From an uncultured Planctomycetota bacterium (lineage in GTDB: Bacteria > Planctomycetota > Planctomycetia > Gemmatales > Gemmataceae): 64,000 bases of DNA. The stretch is from the NCBI GenBank assembly GCA_963849325.1, contig CAWKHF010000007.1, forward strand, positions 1-64,000, read 5' to 3'. How positions within the stretch are numbered: position 1 is the stretch's first letter; the number at the start of each line of letters is the position of its first letter. Positions 39,427 to 52,112 of this stretch are shown in pieces. A program made the translations under genes and the position numbers. The notes beneath the pieces are model-generated. The model worked only from the letters and a program-made list of their open reading frames with translations. It did not search any database and was not told the DNA's origin.

Positions 39427-41169
39427 TCAGCGCGGCAAGTGCATTAACCGTCGCCACGCTTCGGGCGTCGGCTCGGTATCGCGGCCGGTCAGCTCGCGCA
39501 GTGCCGCCAGGGCAGCACGATGGTACGGCGAAAGCTCGCCCGGCTCGTGCGGCGTCAGCTTTTCCCGATAAGCCGTGGCTTCTTCCGCCGTCAGCGTGCG
39601 CGTGCGGACGAGGAAGTCGAAGCGCTGCATCTCCGGCCAGGGGTTGGCGTCGGCGACCGGCTGCCGGGCGGAAAAATCCTGCCGCAGATAGGTGACATCA
39701 ATACGCACGAGGATGTCCGGCTGCGAGTTGTTGTAACCACCCGACGGCGGCGTCAGGGGTTGGCCCGGCACCGGCACGGCGGCGGTCAACGATTCCGGCG
39801 ACACCTTGCCGGTGTTGCCGGGAGCATGGCAGAGCAGGCAGTTGCGATGATGATTGACGCGCACCAACTCGCGCACCACCGACACCTGCTTGTCGTGGTC
39901 CTCGCGCATCACTGGGGCGCGCGGATCCGGTTCCTCCATCACGGCGATGAGCTGCGACAATAAATCCGTTCGCTCCAGTTTGGTGATGGCCTCGGCGGCG
40001 CGACGCGCCACGGCCGGCCAGGGATAGCGCAGTCCCTTGGTGAGAATCTCGGTGTAGTCGCGCTCGCGGCGGACCTTGAGGGCGTCGAGCGCTGCCCGCC
40101 GGACCTCCTCTTCGCCGGAGAAAATCGCCAATCGCGCCAGCGCCCGCGTCGCCTCGACGTGCGCGACGGCGGATAGGTACTTGACCAACCCGAGGTGCAT
40201 GGCCGGCGACTCCGGCGCCAGCACCTGCATGAGCGCGGCGATGCGTGCCCGCGCGATGATCTCTTTCTGTTGTCGATCGACCTGGGCTTGCTTGTGGTCT
40301 TCCTGGCTGCAGAAGGTCTGATACTGCTTCCAGAACGTCTCGTCCGAGGGGCGTTCCGCGACAGCGGCGGCGACGGGGGCGGAAGGGGGAGGAGAAGCGC
40401 TCACGGTGGTAGAGGGGCCGCCGCTCCCCGCCGACGGAGCCGGTACAGGCGTCGCCGACACCACCATCTGTGCCGGCACCATCTGCAACGCACGCCGCAC
40501 GGTCGCCACGGCCAGGGCGAACTGCCGGCTCCGCTCGCCCTTCGTGCGGCAAGCGTCGCCCATCGCAAAGGGCAAACCATTCAGGTCCAGACGCTCCCCA
40601 CGCAGCGCCTCCAGGAAACCGTCCGTCTTCTTATCGTTGAGATGATTGATCTTGGCGATCTGGTGCGCGATCTGTTGCATCGCGGGCACGTCCTTCGCCG
40701 GCGGTGCCTGGAACCGAACTTCCGGGACGTGAGCCAGATCGTTATCGAGGACCGGGCCCACACGCTTCTCGGCTTTCGGAGGCACGGGCAGCAGATCTTT
40801 CAACGGAGTTTTCGGGTCGATTTTGAATTGAAATCGCGGCAGTGGACCCGGCCCCGGTCTCCCCATAGGCATGGACATGCCGGTTACGAACACCGGCCCG
40901 GCAAAGCCGGCGCCAGACCCCGGAGAGCCGGGAACTGCCGGAGACGGCCCCGGTTGGCCTGCTGGAGACGGAGGCGGGGGAGTAGGAGTTGCCGGAGGCG
41001 CAACGGGTGCGGACGGCGCGGGGTTGCCCTGGGCGTGCAAGCTCTCCATCGCCGGCCACGCCAGGAAGGTCAGGAGCAACAGGGATGGAGTGGGCAGTCG
41101 GAACAAACGTCGGATTGTCCGGCGGATGGGGGCAAGGCGTCGAGGACGTACCGAAGCGCGACCGATCAT
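39427..41169 (-). CDS. Secreted HEAT-repeat protein with CxxCH motif
   Basis: Signal peptide, Pro-rich linkers, HEAT-like helices, NHHRNCLLCHAP, TYLRQDFS. Confidence 0.8.
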   Translation of the reverse strand: MIGRASVRPRRLAPIRRTIRRLFRLPTPSLLLLTFLAWPAMESLHAQGNPAPSAPVAPPATPTPPPPSPAGQPGPSPAVPGSPGSGAGFAGPVFVTGMSMPMGRPGPGPLPRFQFKIDPKTPLKDLLPVPPKAEKRVGPVLDNDLAHVPEVRFQAPPAKDVPAMQQIAHQIAKINHLNDKKTDGFLEALRGERLDLNGLPFAMGDACRTKGERSRQFALAVATVRRALQMVPAQMVVSATPVPAPSAGSGGPSTTVSASPPPSAPVAAAVAERPSDETFWKQYQTFCSQEDHKQAQVDRQQKEIIARARIAALMQVLAPESPAMHLGLVKYLSAVAHVEATRALARLAIFSGEEEVRRAALDALKVRRERDYTEILTKGLRYPWPAVARRAAEAITKLERTDLLSQLIAVMEEPDPRAPVMREDHDKQVSVVRELVRVNHHRNCLLCHAPGNTGKVSPESLTAAVPVPGQPLTPPSGGYNNSQPDILVRIDVTYLRQDFSARQPVADANPWPEMQRFDFLVRTRTLTAEEATAYREKLTPHEPGELSPYHRAALAALRELTGRDTEPTPEAWRRLMHLPR

Positions 41170-41381
41170 GACGTGTCCCTCCGTTTCACGATGGCGGCCG
41201 GGGCTGGCCCGGCGGTCGGATTGTCGAGCCGGCGGCTCGATTTCGTTCCCGATTCTACTCTTTTTCTCCTAGCTGGCACAAGCGGGACACTCTGCCCCCG
41301 TTGCCTCGGCTGCGCCAACGGCCTACCGTATCGAAAGGGCGAAGTCCGAGGAACGGCGCGGACCAACAACAGGAGAAGACC

Positions 41382-41936
41382 ATGAGTGCGGGCGGATCGA
41401 AAGAGGTGGCGACGCTTGGCGGCGGTTGCTTCTGGTGTCTGGAGGCCGTCTTCGAGCAGATGCAAGGCGTCGAGCGCGTCGAATCCGGCTACGCTGGCGG
41501 CAGCGCGGCCAACCCGACGTATCCGCAGGTCTGCACCGGGAGCACCGGACACGCTGAGGTCGTGCAGATCACCTTCGATCCCCGCGTTGTCTCCTTCGGC
41601 GAACTGCTCGACGTTTTCTTCGCCATCCACGACCCGACCACGCTCAACCGCCAGGGCGCCGACGTGGGCACGCAATACCGCTCGGCGATCTTCTATCACT
41701 CGCCCGAACAAAAGCGACTCGCCGAGGAGAAAATCGCGGCCCTGAACGCGGCGGACGCCTGGGGAGCGCCGCTGGTGACGCAGATAGTCCCTTTGCAGAC
41801 GTTCTACCGCGCCGAGGATTACCACCAGGGTTATTTCCGGTCCAATCCCGCGCAAGGGTACTGTCAGGCCGTCGTCGCCCCCAAGGTGGCCAAGTTCCGC
41901 GCCCACTTCACGGCGAAGCTCAAGTCTTCCGTTTAG
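41382..41936 (+). CDS. msrA: Peptide-methionine (S)-S-oxide reductase
   Basis: GGGCFWC, GHAEVVQ, HDPTTLNRQGADVGTQYRS, AEDYHQ. Confidence 0.97.
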   Translation: MSAGGSKEVATLGGGCFWCLEAVFEQMQGVERVESGYAGGSAANPTYPQVCTGSTGHAEVVQITFDPRVVSFGELLDVFFAIHDPTTLNRQGADVGTQYRSAIFYHSPEQKRLAEEKIAALNAADAWGAPLVTQIVPLQTFYRAEDYHQGYFRSNPAQGYCQAVVAPKVAKFRAHFTAKLKSSV

Positions 41937-41986
41937 CCGCGACGCGCAGCGGAGCGCGGCTCCGCACTGCGCGTCGCGGCTAAACG
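41930..41986. repeat. REP-like palindrome family A, overlapping the msrA stop
   Basis: CGTTTAGCCGCGACGCGCAG...CTGCGCGTCGCGGCTAAACG. Confidence 0.9.
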
Positions 41987-42122
41987 AGAAAGAACGATCA
42001 ACTGGACTTCGCCCAGACGACTCGAATCGTTACACTCCGCCGCACGCGCCGGAGCGACCGGCCGGTACCGGGGATGGGATTGCCCCGGCCGCCCATCTTC
42101 TCCACTCAGGGAAGGGCACGAC

Positions 42123-42902
42123 ATGGCGAACACCTCCACTCCCGTCGTCAACCACTGGCCCGAGCCAAAGTGCGCCAAGGCGTTCTGGAGCCAGCGCGAG
42201 CTGCCGCCGTATCGCCGACTGCTCCAGGACACCGTCGCCTGGCTCGATCCGCGTCCCGGACAACATTGGCTCGACCTCGGCTGCGGCAGCGGCCAACTCA
42301 CTCGCGCCGTCTGGGAGAAAAGCGGCGGACGCCTCGCCGCCCTCGTCGCCCTGGACTGCGCCGCCCACAACGAACGCGCCATCGCCAAGGTCCGCAGCGG
42401 CGCCCATCCTCCCGCCACGGCCGAGCAGGTTCGCTTCCTCCACGCCGATTTCAGCGACGGACTCGCCTCCTTCGACTCCGCCTCCTTCGACGGCGCCGTC
42501 TCCGGCCTGGCCATCCAGTACGCCGAGTCGTACTCGGAGGAGAAAGGCCGCTGGACGAGCGACGCCTATGAGCACCTGCTCGCCGACGTGTGCCGCGTGC
42601 TGCGGCCGGGCGGCACGTTTGTCTTCTCGGTCAACGTGCCCGAGCCGGCCTGGAGCAAAATCGCCCTGTACGGCATTCCCGGCTTTTTCCGCTCCTCCCA
42701 TCCTCTCCGCTTCGTCAAGAACTCTCTGCGCATGTTACATTACGGAGCCTGGCTCAAGCGCGAGGCTCGCCGCGGTCGATTCCATTATCTGCCGGCCGCG
42801 GTGGTAGCGGAAAAGCTCGCCCGAGCGGGCTTCGTCGGCATCGAACATCGCCGGAGCTTCGCCGGCCAGGCCGACGTCTTCCGCTGCCGCCGACCCGCCT
42901 GA
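42123..42902 (+). CDS. Class I SAM-dependent methyltransferase
   Basis: WLDLGCGSG, FDGAVSGL, RVLRPGG. Confidence 0.9.
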   Translation: MANTSTPVVNHWPEPKCAKAFWSQRELPPYRRLLQDTVAWLDPRPGQHWLDLGCGSGQLTRAVWEKSGGRLAALVALDCAAHNERAIAKVRSGAHPPATAEQVRFLHADFSDGLASFDSASFDGAVSGLAIQYAESYSEEKGRWTSDAYEHLLADVCRVLRPGGTFVFSVNVPEPAWSKIALYGIPGFFRSSHPLRFVKNSLRMLHYGAWLKREARRGRFHYLPAAVVAEKLARAGFVGIEHRRSFAGQADVFRCRRPA

Positions 42903-43090
42903 GCCGCGGCGCTGACCCTGGCGCCGCCCTCGCAGGCCGTCCTGAAGCAAAGATCCGGTTCGCCGGGTATACCATTTGCCTGAATGTCCGCCATCGCCTT
43001 TGCCGGGCGATACGGACGGCCGTCTCCTTCGCGCTCACGGGGACGGACGCGCTTCATCCGCACGAGAATGCACCTGCGAGGGAGACCGCC

Positions 43091-46000
43091 ATGAAGCGTC
43101 ACCTGGCTGCGCAAGATACTTTTGTCCATCCCCATCGTGCTGATCGTCCTCGCCGGGACGGCGATCGTCGCCGCCCGGTTTTACCTGTCATCGCCCGCGC
43201 GACGCGGCAAGTCGCCGAGCGTTTGCAAGACTATGCTTGGCGGCCGCGTCGAGGTCAACGAATCCCACATCGGCCTGACAGGCGACAGCACCGTGCAAGG
43301 CATCCGGGCCTTCGAGGACGGCGAGCCGGACAAGCCGTGGCTCCAGATCGAGGACGTCAAGGCCGACCTGTCGGCCTGAGCGTGCTGCGCGACAAATCGC
43401 CCGACGACATTCAGTTGCAAGGCGCGCGCATCGTCCTTCGCTTCGACCGCGCCGGCCATCTGCTCACGAAGTTACCCGTCACAAGAAAGGGCCGCCCACG
43501 GCGGTTCCTCACCTGCACGTCGCGCAGGGCGAGATGACCTTCGATCAGGAGGGCCAGCCGCCGATGGTCATTCACGGCATCAACGCCGACATTGTGCCCG
43601 GCGACAAGAGTCTGACGCTGACAGGGGAGCATCATCGACCCGTACTGGGGAAACTGGAAGGCCCAGGGCGACTTCGATACGGCCACGGGCAAAAGCTCCA
43701 TCACGCTCGACACCGAGGCCGTCCGCGTCACGATGGAGAAGCTGCGATCCATCGCCTTCGTGCCGCCGACGGTTTGGGAGCGGTACACGTCGAGGGGAAG
43801 ACGCCGGCGCAGGTGCGGCTGGACATGCAGACCGCCGGCGACAAGCCGACCGTGCATTACCGCGTCGAGATCGCGCCGCGCGATGCCCGCGTGCAGGTGC
43901 CCTCGATCGACCTGAGCGCCACCGAGGCCCACGGCAAGGCCGTCATCGCCGATGAGGTGGTCACGCTCGACGACGTGCAGGGCAAGATCGCCGGCGGTGA
44001 GATCACGACCAGCGGCAACTTGGATTTCCGTGGGGACACGTCGCATCTGGCCTTCAAGGTCGGCGTGCGCGACGTGATGCTGGCACGGTCTGCCGCCCAG
44101 CTGGAAGGTGCCCCGTAACATCGACGGCCAGTTGACCGGCTCGGCCGACCTGATCGTCACCATCGAGCAGGGCAAAGGTCCAGACGGCGGGGTCGGGTGA
44201 GGGAGTCATCAGACAGGCGCGATGGGGGGGTATCCGCATCAGCAAACCGATCCGCCTGGCCCTGCACTCCGACGGAAAACGCTTCCGCTTCCACCAGCCG
44301 CCGGCCACGATGATCGCCCAGGACGTGCCCGAGACGTCGGCGAAAGCGAATGAACCCATCGCGGCCGAGCCCCAACCGGCCGCCGAGGTGAAGAAAGAGG
44401 ACGACCCGACAGGAGAGAGGCGAGTTTCTCGAAAGCGCACCGGCGCGGCTGGTGCGACTGGTCGGGCGGGGTGTCCAGTACGGCGCGGACCAGCTCTCGC
44501 GCGCCATCGACGCGACGGCTCGCGGCCTGGGAAAGCTGAAACCGCCCAGCAAGCCCGGCGAAGAGCCGACCTATCTCGACGTGGATCTGAACCTGCAAGA
44601 CGTCGATCTGGCCCAGCTGGTGCAGAAGCTGAAGATGACAGCTGCCGTACGCCGCTCGCCGGCCGGCTGACGATTCAGGTCCACGCCTCGATCCCCATCA
44701 ACACGCCCGGCGATACGAAGGCGTATCGCCTGCGCGGCATGGCCAAGTTGCCTCGCTTCAACGTCGACGGGCTTGGAGATGACCAACGTCGAGGCTCGCG
44801 TCCGCTACGCCGATGGCGTGCTGGACCTCGAAGAACTGCACGGTCAGATGCCGCAACCCAAAGACCCGAAAGCGGCCGGCAAGTTTGACGGCAACGCGCG
44901 TGTGCAAGTCGTTCCCGCAGGGCGAATTGCGGGCTTCGCTTGAAGATCGATCAAATTCCCCTCGATGTGGCCCTGAACTTGCTTCCGGCAAGACCAAGGA
45001 GCAGGCGACGGGCGTCCTGTCGGGGACGCTGCAGGGCCGCGTACCCCTGCCGAGTTTGCGCGACCCGGCGACCTGGCGCGGCTCGGCGACGCTGACTTCG
45101 CCGAGCATCGAGGTTTACGGCCTGACGCTGCGGAACATCTCGGCGGACCTGAAGGTCGAGCAGGGGCAAGGCGACCCTGACGACGTTCAAGGCGGATGTG
45201 GAGGGCACGCCGCTGACGGGGGAGGGCGAGTTGCAGCTGAAAGGCGACGTATCCCTTCAAGGCGCGAATCCACCTGGGCCGGACCGACCTGGCCGCCCTC
45301 AATCGGCTGGCCCCGTCGTTTCGCCCGCCCATCGAAATCAAGGGTCATGCCCAACTCAACGGCAGCGTGACGGGCACCTTGAAGCCGCTCCAGTTCGACA
45401 CGACCGGCGAGGTGCAGGCACGCGATCTCGTGGCGGAGGGCTTCAAGGTGGATAACCTGTCCTTCCGCTGGGGCAAGGAGAAAAACGGCCTGAAACTGGA
45501 CGCGATCAAGGCGAACTTGTACGGCGGCGAGGTGACCGGCTCGGCCGTGGTGCCGCTCGCTACCACGGTGGCCGGCACGGCGAAGCTCCGCCTCCGCGAC
45601 CTGGACGTGCAGGCGCTGGCCAAGTCGTTGCCTTCGTTCCCGGTGCGGCTGGAGGGCAAGGTCTCCGGCACGGTCAACGGCGAGCTGGCCGTCCCGGCGC
45701 CGAACCGGCCGCGCGCCTGGACGACGGACATCGAATTGGCGGCGCCGCAGCTGCGCGTCCAGGGCATCCCCACCGAGAAATTGAAGGGAACCATCGATTC
45801 GCACGAGGGGAAGACTTCGTACCGCCTGCAGGGCGAGAGCCTGGGCGGGACATTCAACATCAAAGGCGATTTGCCGGCGCAGACCGAAAAAGGAAAAGGA
45901 GGAGAAGAGCAAGCCGAGAACGGGGCGGAACGGAGTGGGTCGCGGACAGCTGGAGGTCCGCGGAGCGCGACTGTCGCGCTTGTGGGACGCTTACAACATC

Positions 46001-47222
46001 ACCGGGCGGGCTGTCGCACCTGCACGGCTCGGTTCTCGATCAACTTGCCGTATCGGCACGAGGGGCCGCGTGACTTCCCGGTTGGCAATGGTACTTTTCG
46101 TATCGTCAATATTCGCTGGGATGAGGAATACCTGGCCGAGAGCCTGCAAGGCGATGTGCGCCTGACGCCGGACGCCCTGCGGCTGGTCAACGTCACGGGC
46201 GACGTCGCCGAGGGATTGTTTCTCGGCCAATTCCGTTCGGACTCAAGACGGAACAGCCGAAGCTGGTTCCACATCGAATTGCAACAGGTCGAGGCATCGC
46301 GGCTGCTGGTGCCGTTGCCGGCGGTGGCGTCGCACGTGCACGGCCCGGTGGATGTCAACCTGCGCGGACGGATCGGCCCGGAGTGGGACGGCGGCGGCGG
46401 AGCGACGCTGACGCGCGGGCAGGTCTATGGCCTGGACGTCACCGAATGGCGCATCCCCATGCAGTTCAGCTTCGCTCCGTCGCAGGGCAGCGGCGAATTG
46501 ACGGTCCGCGACAGCCAGGCCCGCATCGCCCAAGGGCGAGCGCGCTTCGAGAGCAAGCTCAACTGGGGCAACGGCCTGCGACTGACCGGCACGTTGCTGT
46601 TCTATCAGGTGGACCTGCGCACCTTGCTGCGTCATTCGCCGGAGTTGAGCTCCTACGCCTCCGGCCGCGTGTCCGGCCGGATCGATCTGGCCGGCAGCGA
46701 AATGCGTTCCATCAACGATCTACGGCGATCGTGCAGGCGAAGCTCGAACAGGGCCAGGCGCTGCAACTGCCGGTGCTGCGGCAGATCACGCCGTACTTGC
46801 GTCCGGGCGTGTCGTCGGCGACGTTCCAGTCCGGCCAGCTCAAGGGCCGACTCGCCGGCGGCATCTTCCGCGTCCAGCACATGACCCTGGTCGGCGATCT
46901 GCTCCAGCTCATCATCGAGGGCACCATCAACCTGGCCGGCAACCTCAATCTCGACGTGACGGCGCAAACCGGCATCTATTGCCTCAATCCTGCCAAGGCG
47001 AACGCGCTCGGCGTCGCAGGTTCCGCTCATCGGGGCCATCCCGCGCCTGGTCCTTTACGAAGCTAGCTCCCTGCTGGCCAACCGCATCGTCCACCTGCGC
47101 GTCACCGGCACCGTCCGCAGCCCCTCGGTTCGTCTGGAGCCGCTGCTGGTGTTGACCGAAGGAGTCGATCCGCTTTTTCCTCGGCCGCCTCGTCCGCCTC
47201 CCCATCCCAACCGCTCCCGTAA
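43091..47222 (+). CDS. AsmA/TamB-like beta-repeat envelope protein (many frameshifts)
   Basis: N-terminal TM, then beta-rich repeats (LYGGEVTG, AQGRARF, GTINLAGNLNLDV, LRVTGTVRSP) across ORF fragments. Confidence 0.75.
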
Positions 47223-47432
47223 CGCAGACTTTTTCATCGCTTCCACTGCACCCCAGTCCCTCCGGGGCCGATAACAATAGTGCCTCCGTGGATGTCCTCC
47301 TTGAGTTGCCGAGTTCCCCAGAACCCACCCTCCGAACGGGTCCGTTGGCCGTGGCCGTTCGGGCTGGATCGGATGCGCTCGTGCTTCGGCCGCCCGCCTG
47401 AGAACTTCCTGTTTGCGGAGGAGGACACGCCG

Positions 47433-48307
47433 ATGCCTCAATCAGTAGCCCGGGGACGGGTCGCGCGAACCTCGCCGGCCTGGTCCTGTTCTCTGTCGTG
47501 TTGCTCGCCTTGGGCTGCTCGTGCTCGTCGGGAAACCTGCTGGGACTGTACCGGCGGGACCCATCGCTTGATCCCCCAAGCCAAGGATCTGCGTTCGGCC
47601 TACCCCGAGCCGCTGCCGATGCCGCGCGAACTGGACAAGCGCATCGCCAGTCCCTACGTCGTCGAGCCGGGCGACGTGCTGCTGGTGCAGCCGGTCAACC
47701 TCGATTCGCCGGTGCGTCTGCCGGGCGATCAGACGGTGCTGCCCGACGGCACCATTCAGCTGGGCCGCTACGGACTGATCATCGTGGCCGGCAAGACGAT
47801 GCCGCAGATCGAGGCGGATGTCCGCACGCAGATCGAGGCGCAGACGAAGGACGCGGGGCCGATCACGGCCCGCCTGGTGACGCGGGTGAGCAAGGTCTAT
47901 TACGTGCTGGGCGAGGTCAACGCGCCCGGGGCGTTCCCGCTGCAAGGCCGCGAGACGGTCCTCGACGCCCTCCTGGCGGCGGGCGGACTCAACGACAAGG
48001 CGTCGCGGAAGTTCATCACGCTGGCCCGGCCGACGCACGCGGACGGCTGCCGCGTCGTGCTGCCGGTCTGCTACAACGAGATCGTCCAGCTGGGCGACAC
48101 CTCGACGAACTATCAGATCGCGGCCGGCGATCGCATCTACGTGCCGACGCGCGGCCACGACGATTGCGGCCGCAAGAAGGTGTGTCCGCCGTGCGGCCGT
48201 CCGCAAGTGCCCTGTCCCGCCGCCCGATGGCTGCTCCGCCCTGCCGTCCCGTCGTCCCATCCGCCGGCCAGTCCCCTCGCCCCGCTCCTGCCGGTGACCT
48301 CCGTTAA
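47433..48307 (+). CDS. Polysaccharide biosynthesis/export (Wza/SLBB) lipoprotein (frameshifted ends)
   Basis: YVVEPGDVL, VLPDGTIQL, YYVLGEVNAPG, AGGL, NYQIAAGDRIYVP. Confidence 0.88.
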
Positions 48308-48374
48308 CAGTGACAGAGTCGACACAGCGTGCAGGTATTACGCCGACAGAACGAGCAGATTCTTAACCGACGCC

Positions 48375-48421
48375 GATAACACGGATAAGAAAAGCAGAGA
48401 GGCTGTCTTATCCGTGTTATC
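48375..48421. repeat. Palindrome between convergent genes (possible terminator)
   Basis: GATAACACGGATAAGA / TCTTATCCGTGTTATC. Confidence 0.75.
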
Positions 48422-48441
48422 CGTGGTTCTTTTTGTTTCAT

Positions 48442-51400
48442 TCAGGTAGGCTCTTCTCCTCTTGTCACTTTTCGCAGAAGCGGGCCACCACACCTCGAAG
48501 CACGCGCCCTGGCCTGGTTCGCTGGTAACCTCGACCCGGCCGCCGTGGCTCTCGACGATCTGCTGCACGACGGCCAGGCCCAAGCCGGTGCCACGCTCCT
48601 TCGTCGAGAAAAACGGATCGAAGAGGTGCGCTTTGACCTCCTCCGCGATCCCGTCCCCTGGTCGCGCACCGACAGACGCACCCAGTCGCCGTCCGTGGAA
48701 ACCAAGGCCGTCTGAACTGCAGGGGGCCGCCGTTCGGGCATGGCGTCGCGGCCGTTGAGACACAGATTCATCAGGACTTGCTGTACCTGCGTCTCGTCGG
48801 CCTGGATGAACAGGTCTCGTTCGTCCAGGTCGGCCTGGAGATCGATGCGCGACGGCAGGCTCGCGCGGAGCAGTTCCAGGGTCGTCCGAACGACGTGGTT
48901 GACCTCGATACGGCGTGAGGCCACGCTGACGCTGCTTGCCGAAGGTCAGCAGTTGGTTCGCCAGGGTGGCGGCCTGTTCGCGTCGCCTGCCGGATGCGCT
49001 GTCAGGTCGGCGTGGACCCCATGCTCGGCCGGCAGAGTTCGAACTCACCAGTTCCGTCAGACTGAGCACGACCGAGAGCAGGTTATTGAAATCGTGGGCG
49101 ACGCCGCCGGACAGCCGGCCGACCAACTCCAGCCGCTGCGCCCGCAGCAGGTCCTGCTCCAGCTGGCGTTCGCGGGTCACGTCCACGATGAGCGTGGTGG
49201 TGCCGACGATGTTGCCATCCGGACCGACGGCGCGGCTCGGCGAAGGCCAGGCCCACTTTTTCGGAGCCGTCCTTGGCTCGATAGCGGAACTCGGCTCGCC
49301 CTCCCCGCCCTTCCAGGGCGTCTCGGCCCAGGGCCATCATCCGCGCCAGGTCGTCCGGGTGGAGCAGACGCCCCACAGTGCGGATCGGCGATGTCGGCCA
49401 GGTCGTAGCCGGTGATGCCGCGGTGGCGGGGTTGGTGTAGCGGACACTCCTGTCCGGGTCGGCCTGGATCACCATCAGCGGCAGCGACTCGACCAGTTCG
49501 CGGTAGCTTCTCCTCCGACTCGCGCATCATCTTCTGGGCCTGGACGTAGGCGCTGATGTCCACGAAGGTCGTCACCACTCCGGCGGGGCCGCGCTGCTCG
49601 CCGTGGCACCACGCCAAGGGGCATGGCATTGACGAGCACCCAGCGGATTTCTTCGGGCTTGGGCAGCGCGCTGGGCCTTTGGCATCCGACGGCAGGATGC
49701 CGAGCACGAGGTTGCGAACCGGCCGGGCCATGCGGAGGACCGTCGCGGCCGGATAGTCGTCGGCGGACAGCGGCGTGCCGTCCTCGCGCAGCAGCGTCCA
49801 ATCGCGTTCGTCCAGGGTCATGCCGCGCAGTCGTTCGGGAGGATGTCCGAGGATGGTGCCGGCGGTCGTGTTGCAGTCGAGGATGCAGCCGGCGTGATCC
49901 TGAACGAGCAGTCCCTCGGCCATGGTTTCGAGGACGGCGCGGAGGCGGACCTCGGTGTCGTGGCGGGCCGCCTCGGCCTGGTGCAGCGTCGTCAAGTCCT
50001 CCAGCACCCACACGGCGGCGTCGGGCTGGTTGAAGGGTGTACCCATGGAAAGCGAGCGGCGGCCCCGCCGACCCCAGCATCACCGGCGCCGCCCAGGCCA
50101 CCAGCGGGATGCGCCGGCCGTCCGGCCGATGCACGACGATGTCCTCGCGCATCGTCGTCAGTCCCTTGCGCAGGGCCAGGAACACCGGCAATTCCTCGAC
50201 CGGGTAGAGGCTGCCGTCGGGGCGGTGCAGGCGGTAGACCTCGCTGAGATGTTCCAGCCCGGCCGCCATGTCCTCGCGCTGGCCGAGCAGTTGGCGCGCG
50301 CGGGCGTTGACCAGGATCGGATGGCCGTGCGGACCCTGCACGAAGAAGACGCCGGCAGGCAGATTGCCGACCAGGGCGTGCAACATGCTCGTGGTGCGCC
50401 GCAGGTCGTCGGCCAGTGCTCGCTGCGCCGTGATGTCGGTCAGCACGCCCTCCCAGCCGATCAGCCGTCCGTCAGCGTCCAGACGGGGGACCAACGTGTC
50501 GCGGACCCAGCGAACCCGCGGCGAGCGCGAATCGGAAGGCTTCGTCTCTCGGGCGGGCACCTCTTCCGACAGGCGATATTCGCAGGAGACCGGCTCGATC
50601 TGCCGGCCGACCTGGGCGATGGCGGCGCGAACGACTTCCCGATCGTCGGCGTGGATGCGTTGCAACCAGCCCTGGTAATCGCCGAGCAGTTCCTGGGGCG
50701 GACAGCCGAGCAACGGTTCGCTGGCGGCGCTGACCAACGTGACCTCGGCAGGCAGACCGCCGACAGGCAGCGGCGGTCGTTCCGGGCGACGGAAAGCGGC
50801 GCTGTAGATGACGATGGGCAGGTGGGCCATGACCTGCCGGTACCGTTCTTCGCTGCCGCGTACCCAGCTGGACGAGGAGGCCACGAGCAGGGCAACGGCG
50901 CACTGGCCGAGCAAGTTCCCCTGTACCAGCGGCAGGAAGGCGACAGCGGACGGCTCGCCCTCCAGCAACAGCAGCGGCAAGCCGGCGGAGACGGCGACGA
51001 CCAGGGCACTGCCGCGCAAGCCCTGCCGCAAGCTCGCCCAGACGATCAATAGCAGCGGCGCTGCCCCATAACTGCCAGCTGACCAGGTGAGTGCGTCCGT
51101 TCTGGACCGCCAACCAGGTCAAGGCGCCGGCGCCGGCGGCCAGGCCGAATAGCTCCAGTCCGTCGCCCCAGGAAAGGCGTTCGCCTCCGCCGACAACGTC
51201 GAGTGGTCCCTTCGGTCCGCCGTCCGCGGCCGCCGGACGCACCAGGCCGCGCCGCGACAACCACGGCGTCAACACCACCAGCAGCAGCGGCGCCAGGACC
51301 AGCACTCCGATCGTTCGGCTCAGCCAGAACGCGGTCAGTTCTCGACCCCAACCCTCTCCGGGTGCCGCCACGATCAGACCGGACAGGACCGTGTGAAGAA

Positions 51401-51896
51401 TGGCCCACAGCCCGACGCCGATTCCGGGCACGAGGAACAAAAACAGCATGGCCGAGCGCGGATCGCTCAGGCCGCGCGCCGCGGCCCTGGTCGTGATACA
51501 GCCACCACGACAGTTGCAGCAGCGCCGCGCCGACCACGGCATCCATGGCGGCCAACCCGAGTTCGCCCGGCACGCCGTCGCTGCGGGCCGAGTAGTCGCC
51601 ACAGCATCATCTGTGCCACGACGAACAAGCCGTCCAGCGCCAACCAGAGAGCGGCGCGCGGTCCCAACCAGGCGAGGAGAGCCAGACCCAGACCGGCCGG
51701 CGGATACCACAGGCCGGCCCCGGTCTCACCCCAGGCCAGAGGGTTGCGTCAGGTGCAGGATGGGCACGCAGATCAACAGGACCATCTGTCGGCGGCGGGA
51801 CGCCAGCAGAGACGGAGCGCCGGCAGCCGAGGCAGGACGTACATTCTCGGTGGCCCCAGGCACGGACGAATGGCAAGAGGGGGGAACGGACGCCAT
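48442..51896 (-). CDS. MASE1-like/multi-PAS sensor histidine kinase (frameshifted)
   Basis: WYPPAG membrane N-terminus; several PAS/PAC units; GVAHDFNNLL; MNLCLN, FDPFFSTKERGTGLGL. Confidence 0.88.
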
Positions 51897-52112
51897 TACC
51901 GTAGTCCCTTGTGTTCTCGCTACGACCGACGATCCGCGACGAAAGGGGAAACGGAAAGGACGGAGGAAGCGGTTCCTTTTCAGCCATCCGAAAAGGCGAC
52001 TCCGCTCTCCGGTTCACGATCGAATCAACTAGGGCACGGACGTAATTTCCCTGCGTCAAGTGTAAGTTACGGAAAGGTCAGACTCAAGTGGGTAGCCGCG
52101 ATTTACTCCGCG

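Noticed and set aside
23457-51896. Programmed frameshifting or mass pseudogenisation
   Set aside because: The shifts lack a shared slippery motif and catalytic motifs are intact; sequencing error is simpler.
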